Shown here: one piece after another, positions 23,846 through 31,519 of the stretch
Position numbering within the stretch: the first letter of the stretch is position 1
How the letters are laid out: the number at the start of each line of letters is the position of its first letter
Virus record (IMG/VR): IMGVR_UViG_3300032144_000009
Coordinates: 1 to 63,344 of that record
Source: a virus
DNA length: 63,344 nucleotides
Reading direction: 5' to 3' (one strand)
Notes under the pieces: generated by a model
Seen by the model: the letters and a program-made list of their open reading frames with translations, nothing else
The model's database searches: none
What the model was told of the DNA's origin: nothing
Position numbers and translations under genes: made by a program

Positions 23846-24424
23846 ATGAACGCAGCTAACACCACCTTCAAGTCCTACAGCGAAAAGAGCAAGGCCAAGC
23901 GCGCTCTCAAGGGCAAGATGGAAGAGAACATGATCGAAGGTGTCCTGGTGCAGGTCGACGGCAAGTGGGGCTTCTACGTCAACGAAGACGGCACCCCCGC
24001 TGGCAGCAACAACGTGGACCAAGACGGTGTCGAAGTTACCGGCGAGCAAGTCTCCAACGAGACTTCTGTCGAAGATCAGAAGCAAGCAAGCGCATTCGGT
24101 GCTTTCGCACTGGGTCAGCTGACCGGCAACGGTGCAGCGCAAGTCCCGCAATCGGCCAAGACCGAAACCGTGGTTCGCGCTGAAGGTACCGGTCGCGGTA
24201 TCGAAAAGAACCGTCCGACGCAGAACGGTATCACCCGTCCGAGCATCGGTGGCCTCTGCCGCGCAGTGTGGGACGCTTGCGATGTGCTGCGCGCCAACGC
24301 ACCGGACAACGTGGTCACCGCCAAGATGGTCAAGGCCCACGCCGAGACCCAAGGCTGGAACCCGAACAACGCGTCCATCGAGTTCTACCAGTGGCGCAAG
24401 TTCAACGGCATCACCGGCAAGTAA
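23846..24424 (+). CDS. Hypothetical protein P1 with the C-terminal QNG..RP...G.C..W...WRKFNG domain (paralog of 26037-26564)
   Basis: AGGAGA RBS, 192 aa. The C-terminus is QNGITRPSIGGLCRAVWDACD...FYQWRKFNGITGK. Confidence 0.7.
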   Translation: MNAANTTFKSYSEKSKAKRALKGKMEENMIEGVLVQVDGKWGFYVNEDGTPAGSNNVDQDGVEVTGEQVSNETSVEDQKQASAFGAFALGQLTGNGAAQVPQSAKTETVVRAEGTGRGIEKNRPTQNGITRPSIGGLCRAVWDACDVLRANAPDNVVTAKMVKAHAETQGWNPNNASIEFYQWRKFNGITGK

Positions 24425-24459
24425 GCTAAACTTGCAGCCTGCCAGCAACTAACACGGAA

Positions 24460-24477
24460 CGCACCCGCAAGGGTGCG
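24460..24477 (+). terminator. Stem-loop cgcaccc-gcaa-gggtgcg after P1 (no T-run)
   Basis: Read directly. Confidence 0.35.
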
Positions 24478-24484
24478 TCAAATC

Positions 24485-25168
24485 ATGGATCGCACCAAGC
24501 TCCTCGAACGAATCAAGAAGTGCCTGACGATGGCTGAAAACAGCCGGGGTGACAACAGCGCGGAAGCCGCAGTCGCTCTCGGGATGGCACAAAAGCTGAT
24601 GACGAAGTACGGCGTCACAGACGCCGAGATCGGCGCGGTAGGCTTCGGCAACGACTGCGTCCGCGTTCCGATCCAAGTGAACAAGAAGCTCCCGCTGGTG
24701 CTTGTGATCCTGGTGAACCTGATCAAGGAAGCCTTCGGGGTGGAGCCCGTGGTCGAACATGAAGTTCGTGTCAGCGACAAGTCCTACGTCATCCGCTGGT
24801 TCGGGCGCGAAGACCGCGTGATGCTTGCGTGCTACAGCCAGACCGTTGTGCACCGAGCGATGAATGCTGCGTGGGCCAAGCACCTTTCAGAAAAGCCCTA
24901 CCTCCGCAAGGAACGCGGCGCTCGTGCAGGGTTTCAGATCGGCTGGCTCGAAGCGGTGCGTGCGCAAGTGGAGGCCCTTGCTCTCGAAGAAAAAGAAGTG
25001 GCAGCCACTGAGCTTGTCAAGAAGAACCACTACGGCCGGGAGCTCACGAAGACGAAGCGCAATGACATGAAAATCGACCCGTATGCGCAGAATGCAGGCG
25101 CTCAAGCTGGTGCGGACTTCAAGTTGCACCGTCCGATGACCAGCGACCGTCTCAAGATCGAGAAGTAA
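24485..25168 (+). CDS. DUF2786-family protein
   Basis: The N-terminal LLERIKKCLTMAENSRGDNSAEAAVALGMAQKLMTKYGV matches the DUF2786 pattern. A GTG at 24473 is an alternative start. Confidence 0.65.
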   Translation: MDRTKLLERIKKCLTMAENSRGDNSAEAAVALGMAQKLMTKYGVTDAEIGAVGFGNDCVRVPIQVNKKLPLVLVILVNLIKEAFGVEPVVEHEVRVSDKSYVIRWFGREDRVMLACYSQTVVHRAMNAAWAKHLSEKPYLRKERGARAGFQIGWLEAVRAQVEALALEEKEVAATELVKKNHYGRELTKTKRNDMKIDPYAQNAGAQAGADFKLHRPMTSDRLKIEK

Positions 25169-25170
25169 TC

Positions 25171-25950
25171 ATGTACGTCACAATCGATCGCTCGAACCTG
25201 CGCGTCATGCGCAAGCACCAGAACCAGCGTGCGCTCTCTTACCTCACGGTGATCGAAGCGCCCCATGTGGTCACAACCGTCTGTTGCGCGTATGGTGTCA
25301 CGTTCCTCCACGGGTACACCGATCTCGAGAAGCGGAAGCTCTATTGCAACCTGACAGGCGAGAAGACGTGCGTATGGTCTGGTGACCACATCACAGCGGT
25401 TCTCATGGAGCTGGTGCAGCGACTGCCGGAAGACAACATCAACCCTATCGAGGTGCGAGCTCAGGCGAGTCGACTTGCCGATGGGGATGACGAGATCTAC
25501 ATCTACGTCCCCGGCAAGCTGGTCCCACAAGCCGCACCGGATCTTTTTGAGTTTGCGTATCCGAAGGTGGCACGCAGGCTGCATGACGATGAGGTGACCC
25601 TTGCTGCCAACCACAAGGGGATCACGAAGCTGCTGTACCCGGATGCGGAAGAGCAGGAAGCAACAGCCTTGGCCCGCGTACAGGCCGAGATCGCGCAAGC
25701 CGCCACCCATACGGCAGCCCCGACTCGATCGGGCAGCACAGCCGGCACCAGCGCACCGCGTACCGCAGGGGTACGCGACAAAGTGTGGTCGGTTGCTGAC
25801 GCTATGTGGACGGCAGCTGGCAAGCCGACGGATCCGAAGGCGGTGCTTGCACTGCGCAAGGAGATCATGAACACCCTTGAACGGGAGCATGATGTGAAGC
25901 GCACCAGTTCGTCCAATGAGTTGGGCAACTGGCAGAAAAATCGTATCTGA
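25171..25950 (+). CDS. Hypothetical protein P2 with a divergent copy of the P1/P3 C-terminal domain
   Basis: 259 aa. GVRDKVWSVADAMW...NELGNWQK aligns with GLCRAVWDACDVL...EFYQWRK. Confidence 0.65.
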   Translation: MYVTIDRSNLRVMRKHQNQRALSYLTVIEAPHVVTTVCCAYGVTFLHGYTDLEKRKLYCNLTGEKTCVWSGDHITAVLMELVQRLPEDNINPIEVRAQASRLADGDDEIYIYVPGKLVPQAAPDLFEFAYPKVARRLHDDEVTLAANHKGITKLLYPDAEEQEATALARVQAEIAQAATHTAAPTRSGSTAGTSAPRTAGVRDKVWSVADAMWTAAGKPTDPKAVLALRKEIMNTLEREHDVKRTSSSNELGNWQKNRI

Positions 25951-25959
25951 CTTTGCAGT

Positions 25960-25988
25960 TTGCAAGAACCCTCGTTTGCCGCTACAGT
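25960..25988 (+). promoter_or_regulatory. Sigma70-type promoter TTGCAA-17-TACAGT
   Basis: It has the same -10 hexamer and spacer length as the promoter at 23771. It lies 49 nt upstream of the ATG at 26037. Confidence 0.55.
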
Positions 25989-26036
25989 GCAATCACGTCA
26001 ATCAAGACGCTTTTATCAACCACAGGAGTGAACACC

Positions 26037-26564
26037 ATGTCCGAAAAGACCCCCGAACAAGTTGCTGCCGAAAAGGCTGCGAAGGCCGAAGCTGCTGCGG
26101 CTGCCAAGGCAGAGAAGAAGGCTGCGGCTGACGCTGCGAAGGCCGAGAAGGCGAAGGCTGCTGCTGACGCCAAGGAAGCCAAGGCCAAGGCTGCTGCTGA
26201 TGCGAAGGCTGCCAAGGAAGCCGATGCGAAGGCCAAGGCCGATGCGAAGGCCAAGGCCAAGGCCGATGCCGAAGCGGCCAAGCAAGCCTCGCGCATGCCC
26301 GAGCAGAACGGCGTCCGCCGTCCCAAGGCTGACGGTCTGTGCGGCAAGGCCTGGGCCATCTTCGATCAGGTGTCGCAGAAGCGCGGTGCCCCTGCGTCGA
26401 TCGGTGAGTCGATGGAGATCGCCAAGGCCCAGAACCTGAACGAGGCCAACGTGCGCGCCGAGTACGCCCGCTGGCGCAAGTTCAACGGCGTGGTCGGCCG
26501 CGTCGACAACCCGACGGCTGTGAAGCCTGTCGCGCCCGAAGCCAACGCCGGCGCCGCTGCGTAA
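26037..26564 (+). CDS. Hypothetical protein P3: Ala/Lys/Glu/Asp-rich helical region plus the P1-type C-terminal domain
   Basis: AGGAG RBS, 175 aa. AAEKAAKAEAAAAAKAEKKAAADAAKAEKAKAAADAKEAKAK... is followed by QNGVRRPKADGLCGKAWAIFD...YARWRKFNGVVGR. Confidence 0.7.
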   Translation: MSEKTPEQVAAEKAAKAEAAAAAKAEKKAAADAAKAEKAKAAADAKEAKAKAAADAKAAKEADAKAKADAKAKAKADAEAAKQASRMPEQNGVRRPKADGLCGKAWAIFDQVSQKRGAPASIGESMEIAKAQNLNEANVRAEYARWRKFNGVVGRVDNPTAVKPVAPEANAGAAA

Positions 26565-26578
26565 TCCACGCGCAGCAT

Positions 26579-26617
26579 CACACCCCGCTGCGGTAAACTA
26601 ACCGTTTGCGGGGTGTG
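26579..26617 (+). terminator. 10-bp stem cacaccccgc / gcggggtgtg with a 19-nt loop, after P3
   Basis: Read directly. No T-run follows it. Confidence 0.35.
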
Positions 26618-26672
26618 CATTCACCCTGACGGAAACCCCCAGGCCCTGCCTGCAACTTACCCGAGGTGATGA

Positions 26673-27404
26673 GTGATCAATCTCCAACCGATCGAGAAGC
26701 TTTCCAAGAACAATTCTGATCTCGAGGTGCACAGCATCTTTGAGACCATCCAAGGGGAAGGGCCCTTCTGTGGCGTCCCTTGTGTCTTTGTTCGGCTCAG
26801 TGGCTGCAACTTGCAGTGCCCCGCGTGTGATACCGAGTACACCTCCTCGCGCGTGCTGATGAGTCCGAACACGGTTGTCGGTCACGTGGAATCCCTGCGC
26901 CCGAACGGGCTTGTCGTGATCACCGGTGGCGAACCTTTCCGTCAACCTGTTGCCTTGACACGTTTGCTCGAAGAGCTGGTGGGCGCAGGGTACTACGTGC
27001 AGATCGAGACGAACGGCACGCTCCCTGCGCCGAGTCTGGATGAGGTCGAGTACAACACGGACCCAGTGCAGAAGCATGGTGTCTACGTCGTGTGCAGCCC
27101 CAAGACGCATCAAGTGCAGGAATCCGTTCAACAGGTTGCCTTCGCCTATAAGTACGTGATGTCCGCCAGCAGCGTTGACCCTGCGGACGGGCTGCCCGTG
27201 CAGGTGCTTGACCACCCGGTTGTCGGCCGTGTCTGGCGCCCTTACTGGCATGACTTCCAGAACGACACGTTGATCTACCTTCAACCCGCGGAAGCCGGAA
27301 CGCCGTTCATCTCGGAGATGAATCTCACCGCATGCGTCGAGTCGTGCATGAAGCACGGGTACACGCTGCAACTTCAAATCCACAAGCTGATCGGAGTCGC
27401 CTGA
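26673..27404 (+). CDS. queE: 7-carboxy-7-deazaguanine synthase QueE (radical SAM)
   Basis: The GTG start is preceded by GAGGTG. IFETIQGEGPFCGVPCVFVRLSGCNLQCPACDT carries the CxxxCxxC cluster. Confidence 0.9.
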   Translation: MINLQPIEKLSKNNSDLEVHSIFETIQGEGPFCGVPCVFVRLSGCNLQCPACDTEYTSSRVLMSPNTVVGHVESLRPNGLVVITGGEPFRQPVALTRLLEELVGAGYYVQIETNGTLPAPSLDEVEYNTDPVQKHGVYVVCSPKTHQVQESVQQVAFAYKYVMSASSVDPADGLPVQVLDHPVVGRVWRPYWHDFQNDTLIYLQPAEAGTPFISEMNLTACVESCMKHGYTLQLQIHKLIGVA

Positions 27405-28843
27405 TGTGCTCAGTCTTTGGTGCCCTGGTGCATGTCACCACCGCTAGCGGTCTGGCCGAAGCCAACCGGATCCTGAAGACGCTGTACGAACGCAGCCATG
27501 AGCGTGGGCGTGATGGGCGCGGCTGGACACTGCGGTGGCGAGACTACGAAGACAAGATGGACGTCACGTCGCACCGCTCTGTCGAGAGCGCAAGCGACCG
27601 CCATATCGGCAAAGCACCTCACCTGCACGTGCTGACGGAGAGCGCTGTGCTCGTTGGGAACATGCGCGCAGAACCGACGACCGAGTTCATCAAGCGTAAG
27701 GCAGTGCACGACCAGCAACCTTATGATGTCGGTCGCTGGTCGGTTGTGCACAACGGCACGATTGCGAACGACAAGAAGCTGCGCGTGCTTGATGTCCCGC
27801 ACCCGTCTGCTATCGACAGCGCAGTGATCCCTGAGTTGCTTGCACAAGCTGACCGAGATTTCGGTACCAGCAACGCGACCGACCACGGGAAGTTCAAGTC
27901 GGTCGTGTCACAGTTGCGGGGCAGCTACGCAATCCTGGCCGCCACACACGATGTGGATCAGATTCTGGTCGCTTGCAATTACCGTCCGGTGTGGTATATC
28001 GAGACGCCTGTCGGTTTGTTCTTCGGCAGCACGCGTCGTTCGTTCCCAAGCGAGTACACGCCGAAGATGGTTGAACCGTACACGGTCAACCTGTTCCGGT
28101 TCAGTGAAGGGCGCGCCAAGATCAACCGCTTCACAACCAACTACCGTGACCCGAGCTTCGGGGCGCGTGCCCTGGTTGTGTGCAGCGGCGGCCTAGACAG
28201 TGTGGTCAGCGCGACCCAGGCTCAGGCCATGGGGTACCACATCGAACTGATTCACTTCCTGTACGGAAGCCGTGCGGAAGGTCCTGAGGTGAAAGCGGTG
28301 CAAGCGGTCGGTAAGGCGCTCAACTGCAAGGTCACGCTCTTCCCGCTTCCCGTGTACAGCAAGAAGGACTCGCCTCTGCTGGATCCCGACAGCAAGGTGG
28401 CTGGGGGCGAAGCTGGGGCCGAATTTGCCCACGAGTGGGTACCCGCCAGGAACCTGCTGCTTTTGAGCGTTGCAACGGCCTACGCCGAGGCCAACGGGTT
28501 CGAGACGCTTGTGCTGGGCAACAACCTCGAGGAAGCTGGTGCCTACCCTGACAACGAACCGGAGTTCATCGACAAGTTCAACGACCTGCTACCGTTCGCC
28601 GTTGGTGACGGGAAACGCCTGCGCGTTATCATGCCCGTCGGCAACATGATGAAGCACGAGATCGTGAAGCTGGGCCTCCGCAACGGTGCACCCATGCATC
28701 TGACTTGGAGCTGCTACCGTGCGGGTGAGCTCCACTGCGGTACCTGTGGCCCTTGCTTCATGCGTCGCACCGCTTTCGAAATCAACAACGCAACCGAGGT
28801 CATTGAGTATGCCGATCAAGTCGACAAAGACGTTCACGCATGA
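27404..28843 (+). CDS. queC: Gat-QueC fusion: class II glutamine amidotransferase plus 7-cyano-7-deazaguanine synthase
   Basis: It starts MCSVFG (Cys2 nucleophile) and has HNGTIAN. The QueC half has the PP-loop VVCSGGLDS and the Zn cluster SCYRAGELHCGTCGPC. ATGA overlap with queE. Confidence 0.85.
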   Translation: MCSVFGALVHVTTASGLAEANRILKTLYERSHERGRDGRGWTLRWRDYEDKMDVTSHRSVESASDRHIGKAPHLHVLTESAVLVGNMRAEPTTEFIKRKAVHDQQPYDVGRWSVVHNGTIANDKKLRVLDVPHPSAIDSAVIPELLAQADRDFGTSNATDHGKFKSVVSQLRGSYAILAATHDVDQILVACNYRPVWYIETPVGLFFGSTRRSFPSEYTPKMVEPYTVNLFRFSEGRAKINRFTTNYRDPSFGARALVVCSGGLDSVVSATQAQAMGYHIELIHFLYGSRAEGPEVKAVQAVGKALNCKVTLFPLPVYSKKDSPLLDPDSKVAGGEAGAEFAHEWVPARNLLLLSVATAYAEANGFETLVLGNNLEEAGAYPDNEPEFIDKFNDLLPFAVGDGKRLRVIMPVGNMMKHEIVKLGLRNGAPMHLTWSCYRAGELHCGTCGPCFMRRTAFEINNATEVIEYADQVDKDVHA

Positions 28844-29267
28844 GACAGGGTTGTCTTCGTGCTTCCGCCAATGGCGTGCACAGAGCCATTGCAGGCACTT
28901 GCACGGGTACGCTTTGCAAGTGAAGTTCACGTTCGGTTGTGACGCGCTGGATGTGCGCAACTGGTGCGTGGACTTCGGCAGCATGAAGAGCCTCAAGAGC
29001 TGGCTCGAGGATACGTTTGACCACACCCTTCTCGTGGCCGAGGACGATCCGCACAAGGACCTTCTGTGCTCGCTCGCAGGGCTTGATATCTGCCGTGCAG
29101 TAGTTGTGCCTGCAACCGGGTGCGAAGCGTTCGCCAAGCTCATCTTCGAGTGTGCACAGATCTGGTTGAAGGACAACGGGTACGCGCCACGCTGCTGGGT
29201 TCACAGCGTGGAAGTGTCTGAACACGGCGCGAACAGCGCCATCTATGAAACGGAGACAGTGGTATGA
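28809..29267 (+). CDS. queD: 6-carboxy-5,6,7,8-tetrahydropterin synthase QueD
   Basis: MPIKSTKTFTHETGLSSCFRQWRAQSHCRHLHGYALQVKF...DHTLLV. The ATG at 28809 overlaps the gat-queC 3' end. Confidence 0.85.
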   Translation: MPIKSTKTFTHETGLSSCFRQWRAQSHCRHLHGYALQVKFTFGCDALDVRNWCVDFGSMKSLKSWLEDTFDHTLLVAEDDPHKDLLCSLAGLDICRAVVVPATGCEAFAKLIFECAQIWLKDNGYAPRCWVHSVEVSEHGANSAIYETETVV

Positions 29268-29848
29268 GCGAAGGGCGGAAGTTGCATCAGATCGAACTGA
29301 ACGACATCGAGGAAGCAACGCAAATTCTTTTGCGTGCGGTGGAACCGGATTGTGATCGCGAGGGTTTGACTGAAACCCCTGAGCGGGTCTCCAAAGCTTG
29401 GGCATTCTGGACGCAAGGCTACGGCATGCGTGCAGCGGACATCTTGAAGTCGTTCGAGGACGGCGCTAGTGACTACGACCAGATGGTGAGCGTGGTCAAC
29501 ATCCCAATCTACTCGAAGTGCGAACACCACCTCGCTGACATCATCGGCTCCGCAACCATTGCATACATCCCGAACGGCAAGATTGTGGGGTTGAGCAAGC
29601 TGTCGCGCCTTGCGGATATGTACGCGCGGCGCTTGCAAGTGCAGGAGCGCATGACGGTGCAGATCGCAGACGCGCTGGTGGAGCACCTGCAACCCTTGGG
29701 AGTCGGTGTGCTGATCAAGGCGCGCCATATGTGCATGGAGTCGCGTGGCATCTGCCAACAAGGACACCACACGGTGACGACGGCACTCCGCGGTGTCATC
29801 AAGGACGAACCTCAGACTCGTGCCGAGTTCTTGCGATTGGCGCAGTGA
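29264..29848 (+). CDS. folE: GTP cyclohydrolase I FolE
   Basis: GLTETPERVSKAW and the SKCEHHL motif. Confidence 0.9.
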   Translation: MSEGRKLHQIELNDIEEATQILLRAVEPDCDREGLTETPERVSKAWAFWTQGYGMRAADILKSFEDGASDYDQMVSVVNIPIYSKCEHHLADIIGSATIAYIPNGKIVGLSKLSRLADMYARRLQVQERMTVQIADALVEHLQPLGVGVLIKARHMCMESRGICQQGHHTVTTALRGVIKDEPQTRAEFLRLAQ

Positions 29849-30495
29849 CCGGGTAGAATAGCGCTATGCAGATCATAACTTGCAAAGACGCTAGAGCGGT
29901 CGGTTTGAAACATTACTTCACGGGTAAACCTTGCAAACGCGAACATATTGATTTTCGTTATGTCAGTGGCGGATGTGCGGAATGTGCTCGTGAAGATGCA
30001 CGCCGCTATTACAGTGACAATCCCGAAAAGTACAAACAACTCACGGTTCAATACCGCGAACTGAATCGCGGTAAGTGCAATGAGATACAACGTAACTATT
30101 ACGAGCGAAACGCTGCAAAAATCAAAGCAGAAGCGAGCACCTACCGGGGTTTACGAGCGCTTCGCGTTCCTGCATGGTCAGAAACGGAACTTATTGAAGA
30201 GTTCTATGTAAACTGTCCAGAAGGATATGAAGTCGATCACATTCTGCCCCTACAAGGAAAGACGGTTTCAGGTTTGCATGTCTTTGCGAATCTTCAGTAC
30301 TTGCCGAGAAAAGAGAACCGCGCTAAACATAATAAGGTTCTGCTATGAATATCTATATGGCTGCGCTCTATACAAACGGTTATAGACAAGGGCAAAACAG
30401 ATATGTGAAGCTCACGGATCATGAACGCAAATTAGTTCAAGCGGTCCCTGACGTATTGGAATCATGGCATTATGTTGGAAAACAGCGTTATGTCG
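29849..30495 (+). mobile_element. Low-GC patch holding the HNH gene and roughly the first 50 codons of dpdA
   Basis: My hand counts give about 44% GC over the first 120 nt of the HNH gene and about 41% over the first 150 nt of dpdA. The flanking sequence is clearly GC-richer. Confidence 0.45.
29866..30348 (+). CDS. HNH endonuclease (free-standing, homing type)
   Basis: EVDHILPLQGKTVSGLHVFANLQYLPRKENRAKHNK. It is visibly AT-richer than its neighbours. Confidence 0.8.
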   Translation: MQIITCKDARAVGLKHYFTGKPCKREHIDFRYVSGGCAECAREDARRYYSDNPEKYKQLTVQYRELNRGKCNEIQRNYYERNAAKIKAEASTYRGLRALRVPAWSETELIEEFYVNCPEGYEVDHILPLQGKTVSGLHVFANLQYLPRKENRAKHNKVLL

Positions 30496-31265
30496 ACGAG
30501 ATGCGAGCTGACGGAGCATCCATCTTCCTCGACAGCGGTGCCTTCTCCGCGTTCACTCTTGGTGTCGAACTTTCCGTCGCCGAATACTGCGAGTACATCC
30601 ATCGCAACCGTGACATCCTGCGCGTCGAAGACGGGGTCGTTATGGCATCGGTCCTTGACGGAATCGGCGACCCACTCCAGACGTGGCGCAACCAGTACGA
30701 GATGGAGCTGCGCGGCGCCAAGCCGCTCCCGTGCTTCCACGCGGGGGAGGATGAGCGCTATCTTGAGCACTATGTTGCGAACTACGAATACATCACACTC
30801 GGCGGTATGGTGGGTTCCAGTACGAAGCAGCTCTGTATCTGGCTGGATCGTATCTGGGACCGATTTCTCACAGATGGAAGCGGTCGTCCACGACTCAAGG
30901 TGCACGGGTTCGGGATCACGGCCATTCCCATCATGGAACGATATCCGTGGTATTCGTGTGACTCTTCATCGTGGATCCAGTCAGCAGCCTTCGGGTCGAT
31001 TGTCACGCCCCAACACGGTCCTCTCAGTGTATCCACGAAGTCACCCAGTCGACACGATGCTGGCCAGCATGCCACCACGCTGACGCCACTCGAGCAGGAC
31101 TACGTGTTCCGCATGCTCGAGGAACAAGGGTTTACCTACGAACGTCTCTCAACCGTGTACGAGTCCCGTGCAGCGTACAATCTGTGGGCATTCGGCGTCA
31201 TTAACACGATGATGAATGCACAGAATAACGAACGGTTCAAAGCACGAGTACAGGAGCTCTTCTAA
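30345..31265 (+). CDS. dpdA: DpdA, DNA-guanine transglycosylase (TGT superfamily)
   Basis: IFLDSGAFSAF, ITLGGMVG, VHGFGIT and SCDSSSW motifs. It sits next to the preQ0 pathway genes. Confidence 0.8.
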   Translation: MNIYMAALYTNGYRQGQNRYVKLTDHERKLVQAVPDVLESWHYVGKQRYVDEMRADGASIFLDSGAFSAFTLGVELSVAEYCEYIHRNRDILRVEDGVVMASVLDGIGDPLQTWRNQYEMELRGAKPLPCFHAGEDERYLEHYVANYEYITLGGMVGSSTKQLCIWLDRIWDRFLTDGSGRPRLKVHGFGITAIPIMERYPWYSCDSSSWIQSAAFGSIVTPQHGPLSVSTKSPSRHDAGQHATTLTPLEQDYVFRMLEEQGFTYERLSTVYESRAAYNLWAFGVINTMMNAQNNERFKARVQELF

Positions 31266-31519
31266 TGGCTACAGTCGAAGAACAACGCGCGCTGGCTGCG
31301 GAATTCGCGGTCCCGATTCTCACAGTCAAGAAGGTACTGGAAGAGAACGGCGACGACGTGGAAAAGGCACGCAAGCGCCTTACCGTGTTGACGACCCCCA
31401 TCGACACGCGCATCGCCAAGCTCGAGGCCGAGAACGAGCGTCTGCTCGCTGCCAACGTGACGCTCAACCAGCGCATCCAAGCGCTGGAAGACATGCACAA
31501 CCAAACTGACGTCGTGTAA
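31265..31519 (+). CDS. Small protein with an EF-Ts-N/UBA-like helix bundle plus a coiled coil
   Basis: LAAEFAVPILTVKKVLEENGDDVEKARKRL resembles the TS-N/UBA pattern (KKAL.E..GD.E.A...L). TAATG coupling on both sides. Confidence 0.45.
   Translation: MATVEEQRALAAEFAVPILTVKKVLEENGDDVEKARKRLTVLTTPIDTRIAKLEAENERLLAANVTLNQRIQALEDMHNQTDVV

Noticed and set aside
25982-26359. Ala/Ser/Leu-rich minus-strand ORFs opposite P3.
   Set aside because: They are the antisense of the GCN/AAG repeat that encodes the Ala/Lys helix. They have no RBS.
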